From a virus, in IMG/VR virus record IMGVR_UViG_3300046323_000234: DNA of 64,000 bases, one strand, 5' to 3'. Each line of letters opens with the position of its first letter. Within the stretch, counting starts at the first letter, position 1. Positions 1 to 10,642 of this stretch are shown here, in pieces. The notes below the pieces were generated by a model that had not been told where the DNA came from, did not search any database, and saw nothing but the letters and a program-made list of their open reading frames with translations. A program made the translations under genes and the position numbers.

Positions 1-1
1 T

Positions 2-2368
2 TTTTAATTGATTGCAGGTTGGGCAAGTTTGTGATTCATTAAGTGAAGTAATTTCTTCTCTTAATCTTTTACCATCTCTTTTGATTAATTCAATTTCACC
101 AAGAAGTGCAAATTTCTTATTGGTTAATGTATCAATTTCAAGCTTAATATTGTTTATTTGTACTTTATGGTCATAAACAAATTGTTTATGTTCATCCTTT
201 TGCTTTTCACAATTATTAAATTCTTCAACATTATATTCAGATGGTAATGTTGATATTTTATCATTTAATTTTGTTAGTTCTTCATTTTTCAATTTAATAC
301 CATCATTATGTCTTGATATTTTTTGATTAATGTCATTAACATTTGTATTTAAAACTTCTGGATCAATATTATGTAGCTTAGATGATAAATTCGTTTTATA
401 CTCATTACCAGTTTTAATTCTACTTTCAACGTCAACAATATTAATTGATTGAATAGTATTTATATCATCTTTAAATTTAATAATATCAACATTTTTTTGA
501 TTGATATCATTTTCAGATAATTCGACATTTAAAACAATTTTCTCTTTGGTTTTGAAATAATCCTTTTTATATTTCTTGAACTCTTCAAGTTTCAAATCAC
601 AAAGATCAAATCCAGCATCGGACATTACTGAATCGATAAATTCGCTTTTATTTACCGATAATAATGTATTTAGATTATCACCAGTGGTTATAGCAATTCT
701 AACAAAGTCATCATAACTACCAATAATCTCATCTATTTTCTTTTGTGTTTTTCTTCTAATATCTTCTGTTAGATTGGTATTCTCTTCTGATAAAATATTA
801 TTATCATTTAATTCATCGTCTGGTGAATTAAGTTTATAATATTTAACAGTTGTTGGTGTTGAAGATATCTCGGTTCTTGTCTTATTCCATTTTCTTGTTG
901 TTTCTCTTTTTACACCAAAGAATTCGCCATTGGCTGTAAATATTACAGTTCCATTACAGAAATCAACTTCAAGTTTATTATTAATATATCTATCATCACC
1001 ATTTTTTTGAACTTTAGATGTTTCAATTGTTTTGCCAAACAAAACATACATTATTGATTTAATGGTGGCAGTTGTCTTACCATTTCTATTCTTACCGAGA
1101 ACTTGAATAATACCCCTCAAATCTCTAAAGTCAATAGCTAAATCTTCAAATGAAAATAAGTTCTTTGTCTCCAATCTAATAACATCCCATATTATATTGG
1201 TATGATTACTAATATCCAATCTACCAGTAATGGTATTATCTAATTTAATTACATCATTTATAATATCTTCTTGATAACCCTTTTCGGTTAAGAATTCTGA
1301 AATTATTCTATTTTGTGTATCCTTCTCATTTATTGTGGCCAGATTAATTGTATCTTCAGCAACAATAATCTTTTCATCAACAAGAAATTTATTTTCATGT
1401 CTTATTGATAATATTCCTTGATATTTTAATTTTAGATATTTTGTAACATTATCAATATTCTCTGGTGTCTTGAACGCTGGAAATGTGTTCCAAACAATAC
1501 TGACTTTCATAAATTCAGTTGGATATTCAATATCTATTTCAACATCTTGAAAATCAAAAAATCTATTAATGCTTATTTTTTGGAATGAATACCTATTTTG
1601 GATTGGTCGCTGTTCCATTGTGATATTTTCTTTGTTGGAAATATCCCACATCAAATATCCATGAAAAGCTTTTTCACCATTTCTATCAACTTCGGCAAAA
1701 TCTTGCATTATTAGTGATGAACTATATGCACCAAATAATTTATTATTTAAGTCCAGATTTTGCATCAAATGTAAATCCCCTGCCATTACTAAGTCAGAAT
1801 TTTTAAATTCATTAATCGAAATATATGATGGTGAATCCATATTAAATCCAGTTGCAGAAACTGAACCTCTAATTGGGTTATGGTATAAATCAATATAGGT
1901 TTTTGTTTCATCCTTTACATGTGGAACATCTTTCCAGGGATTAATTTTATCACCATGATGCCAAACAACCCATACAACATTTTCATCCTCAAAAAATCCA
2001 GTTTTATTTAAATAAACAACATTTGGATTATTGATTAATTCAACAACTGTTTGAATTGAATCTATTCTATTTAGATTCTTCTTTTGAATATCGTGATTTC
2101 CTCTGGTTATAATAACTTTTGTTACCTTTGATAATTTATTAACTAGATCGGAAAATTGATTTAATACTCTACCAGCTTGCAATAAACCCTCATTTGATGG
2201 TTCAATATAGTTATGGAAGATATCTCCAACAATAACAATTCTATCTGGTTTTGTTATTAGAACATCATTATATAAGTTTTCAAAAACTTCATTATATTCT
2301 TCGTATCTGGACAATCCAACACGAATATGCCAATCGGCAGTATGTGCTATTTTTAAAATTTTATTCAT
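2..2368 (-). CDS. Fused SbcD/Mre11 nuclease + SbcC/Rad50 ATPase (T4 gp47-gp46-like), truncated by the window edge
   Basis: Absent from the ORF track; hand translation from ATG at 2368 gives MNKILKIAHTADWHIR (metallophosphoesterase motif I), GDIFH, RGNHD, GDLH, then in the same frame a Walker A LGKNRNGKTT at ~1070-1100 and coiled-coil sequence; no stop across the 1141-1560 junction. Confidence 0.9.
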   Translation of the reverse strand, partial: MNKILKIAHTADWHIRVGLSRYEEYNEVFENLYNDVLITKPDRIVIVGDIFHNYIEPSNEGLLQAGRVLNQFSDLVNKLSKVTKVIITRGNHDIQKKNLNRIDSIQTVVELINNPNVVYLNKTGFFEDENVVWVVWHHGDKINPWKDVPHVKDETKTYIDLYHNPIRGSVSATGFNMDSPSYISINEFKNSDLVMAGDLHLMQNLDLNNKLFGAYSSSLIMQDFAEVDRNGEKAFHGYLMWDISNKENITMEQRPIQNRYSFQKISINRFFDFQDVEIDIEYPTEFMKVSIVWNTFPAFKTPENIDNVTKYLKLKYQGILSIRHENKFLVDEKIIVAEDTINLATINEKDTQNRIISEFLTEKGYQEDIINDVIKLDNTITGRLDISNHTNIIWDVIRLETKNLFSFEDLAIDFRDLRGIIQVLGKNRNGKTTATIKSIMYVLFGKTIETSKVQKNGDDRYINNKLEVDFCNGTVIFTANGEFFGVKRETTRKWNKTRTEISSTPTTVKYYKLNSPDDELNDNNILSEENTNLTEDIRRKTQKKIDEIIGSYDDFVRIAITTGDNLNTLLSVNKSEFIDSVMSDAGFDLCDLKLEEFKKYKKDYFKTKEKIVLNVELSENDINQKNVDIIKFKDDINTIQSINIVDVESRIKTGNEYKTNLSSKLHNIDPEVLNTNVNDINQKISRHNDGIKLKNEELTKLNDKISTLPSEYNVEEFNNCEKQKDEHKQFVYDHKVQINNIKLEIDTLTNKKFALLGEIELIKRDGKRLREEITSLNESQTCPTCNQLK

Positions 2369-2666
2369 TTATTTTTAAATTATGTTTTTTTATTAAAAAA
2401 TTGTAATAATGATCAGTATTAAATGGTGTACCGAATATAATTAAATCTAGATCAATAAATGAAAAAATACTTCCATTTATGGTTTTACCAACTATTTTAT
2501 TTTCAATAATAATCTTATATTGGCCTCGATTTATTTCTTCGAATATTATTTTATCCCAAACATCTAAAAAGTTTTTTTCACATTGTTTAGAATAAAATAA
2601 TTCATCATCAATTAACTGAGAATGAATATGATTATTATATATATCAATTAAATATTTACAAAGCAT
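2361..2666 (-). CDS. CxY-module family small protein
   Basis: N-terminus MLCKYLIDIYNNHIHSQLIDDELFYS. Confidence 0.8.
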   Translation of the reverse strand: MLCKYLIDIYNNHIHSQLIDDELFYSKQCEKNFLDVWDKIIFEEINRGQYKIIIENKIVGKTINGSIFSFIDLDLIIFGTPFNTDHYYNFLIKKHNLKINE

Positions 2667-3060
2667 TTTCTAAAAATTTCTTTTCCATATATGCATTATT
2701 TGTAGCATAAGTACATAAATATATTTTTTTAAATAATATATTTTCCCCAATATATTTTATTATTGATATTATAGTATAATATTCTATATAATATTTATCA
2801 CGAAATGGGAGATATATTTCAAAGACATCAAATGTAAATCCAATCATTTCATTTTCTTCAAGATAAACCTCGAACAATATTTTATCATCTCTAAAATAAT
2901 AATTGGAGTTATTATATTTTGGTAACTGTTTAATATCCGTAACACTTCCCCATACGTCCAAAAAGGTTTCCCATACTTCTGCTGAATAAATTAGTTCATC
3001 ATCCAATAAATGTGGATGAATATGTTCTAAATATATGTTGTTTAAATAATTACAAAACAT
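2656..3060 (-). CDS. CxY-module family small protein
   Basis: MFCNYLNNIYLEHIHPHLLDDELIYS, then FLDVW and ILFE blocks. Confidence 0.8.
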   Translation of the reverse strand: MFCNYLNNIYLEHIHPHLLDDELIYSAEVWETFLDVWGSVTDIKQLPKYNNSNYYFRDDKILFEVYLEENEMIGFTFDVFEIYLPFRDKYYIEYYTIISIIKYIGENILFKKIYLCTYATNNAYMEKKFLENAL

Positions 3061-3451
3061 TATTTATATATCTATCATATAGTTCAATATCTAATTTATG
3101 TTTTTTAATTAAGTCAATAACTAAATCTGTACTATCTATATTTCCTCCATTTAATAATAAATAATCAAAATCGGTATAAACATGATCGACAACAATAGCA
3201 TGATTAATTAAGTAAAGGCCAATCATTAATGTTTCACCATTTCTATAGTAACATTCGAATATATCAGCATTCCTATTATGGTGTATATGATATGATCTAA
3301 CTGAAGAATATTTGGGAACAAATGTTATGGTTAATTTTTTCCATAAATCCAAAAATTTCATCTCAACCAATGGTGAATAAAATAATTCATCTCCTATTAG
3401 ATTTGGCTCAATATGATTTCTATATAGTAATATTAATTCATCACACAACAT
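3050..3451 (-). CDS. CxY-module family small protein
   Basis: MLCDELILLYRNHIEPNLIGDELFYS, FLDLW. Confidence 0.8.
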   Translation of the reverse strand: MLCDELILLYRNHIEPNLIGDELFYSPLVEMKFLDLWKKLTITFVPKYSSVRSYHIHHNRNADIFECYYRNGETLMIGLYLINHAIVVDHVYTDFDYLLLNGGNIDSTDLVIDLIKKHKLDIELYDRYINNVL

Positions 3452-3804
3452 TATTTTTTTAATTTAATTTCTAGATTATATTTTTTTATTAATTCATTAT
3501 AAAAATTATCGGTTTGAAATGTCTTTTTAAATATAATCCTATCTAATTCGGATGATGATATAATAATACTATGGTAATCAACCCAAGCCAATATACAAGC
3601 ACCATATCTGATTATATATTCAAAATCATCTAAATGTTCAACATATTCATATTTTTCAATATATGCGTTATTCCACAAATCTAAAAAATCATTTTCAATC
3701 TGCACAGAAAAAAATAATTCATCAAGTATTAGATTTGGGTGTAGGTGATTTTTATAAATATCGATTAAATAATCGCATAAAATATTATTTCCTAATCTCG
3801 TCAT
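3451..3804 (-). CDS. CxY-module family small protein
   Basis: ILCDYLIDIYKNHLHPNLILDELFFS, FLDLW; C-terminus resembles 2361..2666 (TDxxYNxLIKKxNLxI). Confidence 0.8.
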   Translation of the reverse strand: MTRLGNNILCDYLIDIYKNHLHPNLILDELFFSVQIENDFLDLWNNAYIEKYEYVEHLDDFEYIIRYGACILAWVDYHSIIISSSELDRIIFKKTFQTDNFYNELIKKYNLEIKLKK

Positions 3805-4324
3805 TAATTTCTTTAAATCTTGATTTGAGTGAGCTTACTGGTCTATTTGATATTTTGGTTAATTCATCATATCTATAACCGTCAATATATTTTAGTTTAA
3901 ATAAATCAATATCATCTTGTTTAAATGTATTTTTTAGATTTTCCAATATATCTCTTTTTATAAAATCGGTATCACTATCATTGGATGAATCTATGCTATC
4001 AAATGTTTCATCCATCGCAACAGTAATTAATTGTCTTTTTTTATTAATATATCTTCTATGGTCAATTAATGTATTTCGGGCAATAGTTCCAATCCAATTA
4101 TTGAATTTTGCTTTAGATTTATCGAAGTTATTTATACTATCGAAAGCTTTACATAAAACATCGACTGTTAAATCACAAGAAACTTCAAAATCAACTTTTT
4201 GTTTATAATAATATGATTTAATTTTTTTATTATATCTTTTATATAGAATTGTATATGCACTATTATCTTTGGATATAATTTTATCAACCAATTGTTCATC
4301 CGTACAAATTACCTTTTTTGGCAT
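3785..4324 (-). CDS. ECF-type sigma-70 factor
   Basis: Region 2 motif FDKSKAKFNNWIGTIARNTLID and region 4 HTH (LFKLKYIDGYRYDELTKI...SSLKSR); 179 aa. Confidence 0.85.
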   Translation of the reverse strand: MPKKVICTDEQLVDKIISKDNSAYTILYKRYNKKIKSYYYKQKVDFEVSCDLTVDVLCKAFDSINNFDKSKAKFNNWIGTIARNTLIDHRRYINKKRQLITVAMDETFDSIDSSNDSDTDFIKRDILENLKNTFKQDDIDLFKLKYIDGYRYDELTKISNRPVSSLKSRFKEINDEIRK

Positions 4325-5321
4325 ATTTCTTTAGCTCTTGCTGTTTTTTCATTATTTTAATTTTGGTTAAATCTTCAAAACTTATTCTTTTTGCTTGTTT
4401 AAGCACATCAATTACACTTTCATCACCATAATTTCTTCTATGCAAATCCAAATCCTTGCTTGTTTTTATATCAACAAACTTAATCTTATTTTCCAATCCA
4501 CAATCGTATAGATTTTGAAATATCTCATAAGATTCCACAATAGCATCTGGGTCAAGCAATATAACAACATTTGGTTTATAGTGCAATATTTTCTTAAATA
4601 AATGGTATGATATTTTTTTTCCAAGAATAGGAATTGTATTATATGGCACTGTTAATAACTCAAATACACCCTCCACTAGATATAATGTAAAATCCCAATT
4701 TAGATTAGATTCATTAAAAATTATATTGGATTTATCTTCTTGTGGATTTCTATATGGGATTTGGTTTCCCCAGAATGATCTAGCTATAAAATAGTTTATT
4801 GCACCAAACGAATCATATGAGGGTATTATAATTCTATTTCTATATTTCCCTTCTGTACAAAAACCAATATTAAACTTATCAATTAATTCATTAGATATTT
4901 TTCGTTCTTTTGAAATATAATTATAAGCCTCTAGATGTTTATTATCAATAGTATCGAATTTGGAAAATGGAATATATTCTTGTGGTAATAATAATGATAT
5001 ATAATCATCATCTTCGGATTCATCAGATTTATATCTATTTTTTAATTTTGAAATATTATTGCTAAATAATAAATCCTTAAAAAATTCATAATCAACACCC
5101 TTTGAATTTGTTTTAATTAAATAATCTAACGTTCCACCATAATTACACTTCCAACAATTAAACATTTGTTTAACTGTTGACACTTCTAGGTTAAATTTGC
5201 CGTCTGGTATATAATTATTGTATTTGGTACAATTAGGACAGTTCACCTGAAATTGTGTCTCAGATGATTGTCTAACGTTGCCAAATACAGAACTTAATAA
5301 TTTTTTTAACTCAAATGACAT
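4296..5321 (-). CDS. DNA primase (Zn finger + TOPRIM)
   Basis: CPNC...CWKC zinc finger, RIIIP, LVEGVFE and LDPDA TOPRIM motifs; probable start MSFELKK at 5321 (track extends to 5375). Confidence 0.85.
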   Translation of the reverse strand: MSFELKKLLSSVFGNVRQSSETQFQVNCPNCTKYNNYIPDGKFNLEVSTVKQMFNCWKCNYGGTLDYLIKTNSKGVDYEFFKDLLFSNNISKLKNRYKSDESEDDDYISLLLPQEYIPFSKFDTIDNKHLEAYNYISKERKISNELIDKFNIGFCTEGKYRNRIIIPSYDSFGAINYFIARSFWGNQIPYRNPQEDKSNIIFNESNLNWDFTLYLVEGVFELLTVPYNTIPILGKKISYHLFKKILHYKPNVVILLDPDAIVESYEIFQNLYDCGLENKIKFVDIKTSKDLDLHRRNYGDESVIDVLKQAKRISFEDLTKIKIMKKQQELKKYAKKGNLYG

Positions 5322-5381
5322 ATTATGCAATATAAATATAAAATATTGTAAATGAAAATTATTGGATTGGTGCAAATAAGA

Positions 5382-5408
5382 AAATCCACATTATAATAAC
5401 GTGGATTT
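5382..5408 (-). terminator. Putative intrinsic terminator after thyX
   Basis: Inverted repeat AAATCCAC-N11-GTGGATTT followed by T-rich sequence on the minus strand. Confidence 0.5.
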
Positions 5409-5444
5409 AATAGTTAAATCTGAAAGAACAACAAAAATTTTATT

Positions 5445-6089
5445 TTAGTATCCAAATGCTATAAGTGAGTTTTTAAATGGATTATTTTCTAATCCTTTAA
5501 CTAGATCAAGCATTTGTTGAACAACTACTCTAGTCTCATATTGAGCGTCTGGCTTTAGACGAAGGTTACATAAATGAATAAATGCTTGCAAACTACCAGT
5601 CCAAATGAATGTGGTATTTAGATTTAAACACAAAATCGATCTCGCTTGTTCTTTCGCCACTCCCAATCCAATCAAATCTTGGTACGCTTTTTTACATACT
5701 TCAATAACATTAGCTTCAATCTCTTTACATTTGATTTGATCTTCAGGACTCAATGCACCAGCACTACCTTGTTTACTATCCGTTGATTGTAATCTCCACT
5801 CTTCAATCATTGTATAGCTATCACTAAAATCCACATATCTACCAGATAATGAATTTGTAGCAATGCCGATAGCGTGTTTAAAAACTTGCCTCTCTACGTA
5901 AATCGGACATTGTATTCTGAATTGTAAATTACAATGTCTAAAAGGTGATGTATGACCATGTTTAACAAGGTAATTAATCAATTTAATTTCCTTATCGCCT
6001 ATTTGATTTGATTCTTTTCCGTAAGAAACTTTAGCGACATTAACAATTGTTAAATCACTTCCATATGTTGATAATAATTCCACACTCAT
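5445..6089 (-). CDS. thyX: FAD-dependent thymidylate synthase ThyX
   Basis: GHTSPFRH, variant ThyX motif KHAIGIATNSLSGRY, GVAKEQARSIL, LRLKPDAQYETR; probable start MSVELL. Confidence 0.92.
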   Translation of the reverse strand: MSVELLSTYGSDLTIVNVAKVSYGKESNQIGDKEIKLINYLVKHGHTSPFRHCNLQFRIQCPIYVERQVFKHAIGIATNSLSGRYVDFSDSYTMIEEWRLQSTDSKQGSAGALSPEDQIKCKEIEANVIEVCKKAYQDLIGLGVAKEQARSILCLNLNTTFIWTGSLQAFIHLCNLRLKPDAQYETRVVVQQMLDLVKGLENNPFKNSLIAFGY

Positions 6090-6090
6090 A

Positions 6091-6621
6091 TTAACTAAAA
6101 TATTTATCTCCATTAAATTCATTATAATTTATTGATTTTAGAACCTTATTATCATATGTTCTATAAATCAAATATTTGTAATTTTTTATAACATAATGTG
6201 ATTCAATACCTTTATTTTTATAGAATTCAATAGTATCTAAAGCCTCTTGTAAATCATTACAAGCTTTTGACATATTGGATTGGTGAATATCATCAAATGC
6301 TAAACTTAATATTGTTGAATCACCATCTTCCAATGCTGTTCCATATAAAATATATGCGATATCACCTTTTGCATCTAATGATTCAATTCTATTTAATTCA
6401 AAAGAATCTGTCCAATCAAATAAATCACTTTTTCCATGATTTGCACACATAGTGGCAAATGTTTTATTCAATCCATATGCATCGGCTAATTCTGATAATT
6501 CTTCAAATAAAAGTGATAATCTTAATCTTCTCCTTTCGACTGGAATTGTTTCTTCTTTGGATAGGATTGGTATATTAAATAACTCATGAAATTCTTTAAC
6601 TTGTTCTATATTCTTGTCCAT
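6091..6621 (-). CDS. MazG-like/PRA-PH family NTP pyrophosphohydrolase
   Basis: VKEFHELF, RLSLLFEELSEL, LDAKGDIAYILYG, IHQSNMSK, KVLKS. Confidence 0.85.
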   Translation of the reverse strand: MDKNIEQVKEFHELFNIPILSKEETIPVERRRLRLSLLFEELSELADAYGLNKTFATMCANHGKSDLFDWTDSFELNRIESLDAKGDIAYILYGTALEDGDSTILSLAFDDIHQSNMSKACNDLQEALDTIEFYKNKGIESHYVIKNYKYLIYRTYDNKVLKSINYNEFNGDKYFS

Positions 6622-6623
6622 AA

Positions 6624-7637
6624 TTAAAATCCAGCTTTTCTTTTATTTTTTGTTGATGAAGGTTTTTCTTCCATATATTGTTCATATATTTTAATAACAT
6701 CTTCAAATTCATTTCCAAGTACCAATACTGATACCACCAAATCTCTTAAATGTGCAAGCGATAATGTATCGGTTTTTTTTACCCAAAGATCTAAATTAAT
6801 TTTTTCAATATCATCTGGATGTATTTTCTTTTCAAAATAGACTCTTCTAACCTTTTCATCTGGTGTAGTAAATTCATATCTTCTGTCGAATCTAGATGGT
6901 CTATTTAATATTCTATCTTCTAATTTTTCTGGATAGTTGGTTGTTGCTATATAAAGTATTCCATCATTATTATCAATACCATCAAGTAGGTTTAATAACA
7001 TTGATTCATATGCTGGCCCTGCATTGGCCAATCCATCAATATCTTCAAAGATAACAATTGTTGGTGTCTCTGGTTGAACTTGTCTAAATACTGAATTATA
7101 ATAACTAGCAAAACGTTCCAATTGTGATGTATTATTTACTGAAAACAATATTCCGTTTTGATTTTCAATTAAATCTTTTACAATTAATTGAATGGCACAT
7201 GATTTTCCACCGCCTGGAGCACCGTATAATAAAATGCCACGTTTCTGCAACATTTTATATTTTTTAAATTGTTCTCTTTTTGACCAAAATGTTTTAGTAT
7301 CTTCCAATATTTTCTCAAGATTATCGAATGGTAATTCAAATAATTCATCACTATTATATTTTTGTTTTTGTAAATACCAACCCCAATCTTGTGTATATTC
7401 AATCGTATACAATCCAGGTCTTAAACTATCAACAGTTTTAATCTCAGATGATGCAACAAAAGCATTGTTTTGTTTTTTAATCCAATATTTAAAATTTTCA
7501 GCAGTCTCTTCTTCATCATCATTCATGTCAATTGTGTAATTAACATTTTCATTATTATCCTCTTCATCTAATTCATCAAGTAAATCAGTTATGGATTTAT
7601 TACTAATTTTTGCAAATGTAACTCGGTTTTTTGACAT
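6624..7637 (-). CDS. AAA+ ATPase (classical AAA clade)
   Basis: RGILLYGAPGGGKS Walker A, IFEDID Walker B, LLNLLDG, TTNYPEKL, NRPSRFD SRH. Confidence 0.92.
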   Translation of the reverse strand: MSKNRVTFAKISNKSITDLLDELDEEDNNENVNYTIDMNDDEEETAENFKYWIKKQNNAFVASSEIKTVDSLRPGLYTIEYTQDWGWYLQKQKYNSDELFELPFDNLEKILEDTKTFWSKREQFKKYKMLQKRGILLYGAPGGGKSCAIQLIVKDLIENQNGILFSVNNTSQLERFASYYNSVFRQVQPETPTIVIFEDIDGLANAGPAYESMLLNLLDGIDNNDGILYIATTNYPEKLEDRILNRPSRFDRRYEFTTPDEKVRRVYFEKKIHPDDIEKINLDLWVKKTDTLSLAHLRDLVVSVLVLGNEFEDVIKIYEQYMEEKPSSTKNKRKAGF

Positions 7638-7647
7638 AATATTTTAA

Positions 7648-8991
7648 TTAAAACTGATTATTTTGATTTATATCGAATTTAATAATTTTTCCAAATGAAG
7701 GTTTAACTTCTGTGGTCATTATCCACAATGTTTTAATGTTTACAACCTCATCGTTTGGAAATTCACCATAACCATCAGTAAAATATATAAGAGCATTATA
7801 ATCGCTCAAATTATCATCAACATACTCAAATACTGGAACAAATGATGTTCCACCACCACCTTTAAGCTCAAGATTATCAACATCTTGTAATGTGTAAACT
7901 TTACCAACTGAATTAACAGCAGCATCACAACAAATAACTGTTAATTCAACATTTGGAAATGTTTGACATATATTAATAACCTCTCCGACAAAATATTTTA
8001 ATATATCATCAATAATAGAACCAGAGGTATCTAAAGCCACAACTAGTTTAACAGTTTCGCCACCTATTGATGGAATAAAGAATGGTGAGTTAAAAAATCT
8101 CCTATCTCTTTCCAAGAAATTATAATCATTTGGAAATGCTTGAATGAATTGTTTTAATTCTTGTCTCCAATCAACTTTCTTTTCAAGAATTTTATCAATT
8201 TCACGTCTTATATGATTGCCATCAAGACCATTCATATTAGTTAAAGCACTACCTTTAGCTAGATTGCTTTTAATGTTTTCAACATCTTCACCAGTTAATC
8301 TTTCTTTGGATTTATAATCTAAATTTGGTTCATAATCTTCTGGTATTTTATCACCTTTACCCTTTTTATCACCATCTCCATCTTCGTCAACTAAATCATC
8401 GTAAATCTCTTCAATAGATTTATCTTCATATTTCTTATCAAAGAATATTGGATCATAGTCAATATAATTACCAATCTTATTTACTTTATTATTCTTAAAA
8501 TCATCAAGAACAATATTTACCCAATAATCACAAGCAATATTCCAAGCTTTATCATCTTTATTATATTTTCTTGGAACGTGCAAGAATGCTATGTGCAATA
8601 ATTGCTTATAATATTGACCGAAGAATTGTTGTTTTGATAAACTATTAAAATACGATTCTTGAACAAAGATATTTTTTCCATTGGTTTTAATACCAAAGTT
8701 TTTCTTGCTCTTTTTCTTTTTACCACCAACATTAGCTAATGGATTTGATGATTTATTATCGGATTTTGATAATTTAATATCACCCAATAATGCAGCCAAC
8801 TCTGAATCGTCAGCACGAAATTCTTCATCTTCAGTTGGTTCATCATCTTCGGATACAGCATTGCTACCATATTTTTCATCAGATAATAAAATTACATCAA
8901 CTTGTTTTATCATAAACCCCCAGAAGGGGGTATTTAACATCAAAGTTAATTTACAATAATTTACATAATTTTTAAATTTTTCATTATCCAT
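7648..8991 (-). CDS. DUF2201-like metallopeptidase-like/vWA domain protein
   Basis: WNIACDYWVN, VDWRQEL, MIDAS DTSGS, GGGGTSFVPVF, YFTDGYG; the usual HExxH reads KQLLH. Confidence 0.85.
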   Translation of the reverse strand: MDNEKFKNYVNYCKLTLMLNTPFWGFMIKQVDVILLSDEKYGSNAVSEDDEPTEDEEFRADDSELAALLGDIKLSKSDNKSSNPLANVGGKKKKSKKNFGIKTNGKNIFVQESYFNSLSKQQFFGQYYKQLLHIAFLHVPRKYNKDDKAWNIACDYWVNIVLDDFKNNKVNKIGNYIDYDPIFFDKKYEDKSIEEIYDDLVDEDGDGDKKGKGDKIPEDYEPNLDYKSKERLTGEDVENIKSNLAKGSALTNMNGLDGNHIRREIDKILEKKVDWRQELKQFIQAFPNDYNFLERDRRFFNSPFFIPSIGGETVKLVVALDTSGSIIDDILKYFVGEVINICQTFPNVELTVICCDAAVNSVGKVYTLQDVDNLELKGGGGTSFVPVFEYVDDNLSDYNALIYFTDGYGEFPNDEVVNIKTLWIMTTEVKPSFGKIIKFDINQNNQF

Positions 8992-8997
8992 GATATA

Positions 8998-10185
8998 TTA
9001 TACGTTTTTAAAAATATTTTCAATTTTTTTCATAAGTCCTTGTGAACCCGATCTTGATAATTCACGCATAATATTAACATCTTTAATAATCATTGACAAG
9101 ATAAATGATTGAATTTCTTCTTCAAAACCATTAATTGCTAATTCAAAATAGGTTATCATATCAGCAGTTAACTTCTTATTAACTGAATAATATCTAAGTC
9201 TACTTGATATTGCCGTTGAAAAATAATAACTTAAATCACGTCTAAGTTCTTTTGATGCTTCTTTATTGTTACCATTTTCATCTTTTGAAACTCTCCATTT
9301 AAATGGTGTTCCTTTTAATAAAATATCATCCATATCTGGAAGATATTCGTTTAATCTTATAAATTCATAAAACATTGTTCCAGTTCCTTGGCCAATTGTT
9401 GAAATTATTAATTGTCTACAAGTATTTGATGAATAATCTTTAACACCCTCCAACAAAACAGATAACATATGCCATGATCTTGGTGTTGCAAATGCATATT
9501 CTTTACTACTCATTTTGTGCAAATAATCGTTATTCGATTTAATAAATGCAACAATACCAGTGTTAATATTATTCTTAAATGCAAAAGCTGCAAAAGCATC
9601 AGCATCAGGTTGAACATCGAAATGTATTAATCTATTTGCTAATGGATATGGCATTTCAAACGTTGCACCTTTATCTTCACTTCTATTACCAGCAAGAATA
9701 ACAGCAGTTTTTCTTGTCGTTTTTATTTCATGTATTTGACCCTCAATCATAAGGGTTATTGTGTATACTGGTAATAAGTGACCACCCAAATTACGTTCAA
9801 GTGCAATTTGATATGCAACAACTTGACTTAATGGTGGTGCAGTATTTATTTCATCAAAAAATAATAATACTGGTTTTTCTTCCTTACCAGTGGGTACGAA
9901 ATCAGCAGGTATAAATCTAAAAGCTTCTGGATTATCAGCAGGGATATAAGGCATCCCTCTAACATCTAATGGTGATAATGTATTTAATGATATGACACGT
10001 AGTTCATATCCTAACTCTTCAGCAACCTCCTTCACCAAAGAAGTTTTACCAATACCAGCACCACCCCAAAGCATGGGTGTTAAATTTAAACCATCTTTGT
10101 TAAGATTGTCGGTGTTTAATACCAACATACATAAATCTTTCGCTTCTTTAAAATTCATTGTTCTTTTTTTTTTATTGTTAAACAT
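8998..10185 (-). CDS. MoxR-like AAA+ ATPase
   Basis: WGGAGIGKT, DVRGMP, LFFDEINTA, LAGNR, LANRLIH, TPRSW; adjacent to the vWA gene. Confidence 0.9.
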   Translation of the reverse strand: MFNNKKKRTMNFKEAKDLCMLVLNTDNLNKDGLNLTPMLWGGAGIGKTSLVKEVAEELGYELRVISLNTLSPLDVRGMPYIPADNPEAFRFIPADFVPTGKEEKPVLLFFDEINTAPPLSQVVAYQIALERNLGGHLLPVYTITLMIEGQIHEIKTTRKTAVILAGNRSEDKGATFEMPYPLANRLIHFDVQPDADAFAAFAFKNNINTGIVAFIKSNNDYLHKMSSKEYAFATPRSWHMLSVLLEGVKDYSSNTCRQLIISTIGQGTGTMFYEFIRLNEYLPDMDDILLKGTPFKWRVSKDENGNNKEASKELRRDLSYYFSTAISSRLRYYSVNKKLTADMITYFELAINGFEEEIQSFILSMIIKDVNIMRELSRSGSQGLMKKIENIFKNV

Positions 10186-10237
10186 TAATTGTGTTGCAAT
10201 ATATATAATTAAAAATTAAGTGCAAAATTTTTATTTA

Positions 10238-10642
10238 TTAAACCACGTAATCTTTATTAAAATAATTTTCAATATCTGTTTGAATATCAATAGTTATTAA
10301 AGCCACATAATCATATATTCCATTTTTATATATTATTCGTCTTAAACAAGATATTATTTTTCTTGTACTCATTAAATATTTTTTAGACATGACATCAATA
10401 ACCATATGACTAATTAAAAAATCTTGACCAACATATTGTAATTTATCAACTATAAAATATAATTTATTATCAATAAAATATAAATCATAGTCACGATCTG
10501 GATGTTTTTTTATAATTATATCTACATGATTCCACAAATCTAAAAAATGATTCTCAATTGGATAATAATATTCAAATTCATCATCTATTAGATTAGCTTT
10601 AATATGATTTTCATAAATATCATTTAAATATTTACAGAGCAT
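10238..10642 (-). CDS. CxY-module family small protein
   Basis: MLCKYLNDIYENHIKANLIDDEF, HFLDLW. Confidence 0.8.
   Translation of the reverse strand: MLCKYLNDIYENHIKANLIDDEFEYYYPIENHFLDLWNHVDIIIKKHPDRDYDLYFIDNKLYFIVDKLQYVGQDFLISHMVIDVMSKKYLMSTRKIISCLRRIIYKNGIYDYVALITIDIQTDIENYFNKDYVV

Noticed and set aside
10608-10622. GATATTTAT (late-promoter-like) inside several CxY modules
   Set aside because: It is the most likely coding of Asp-Ile-Tyr in this AT-rich genome, and other members use GATATCTAT or GATATATAT
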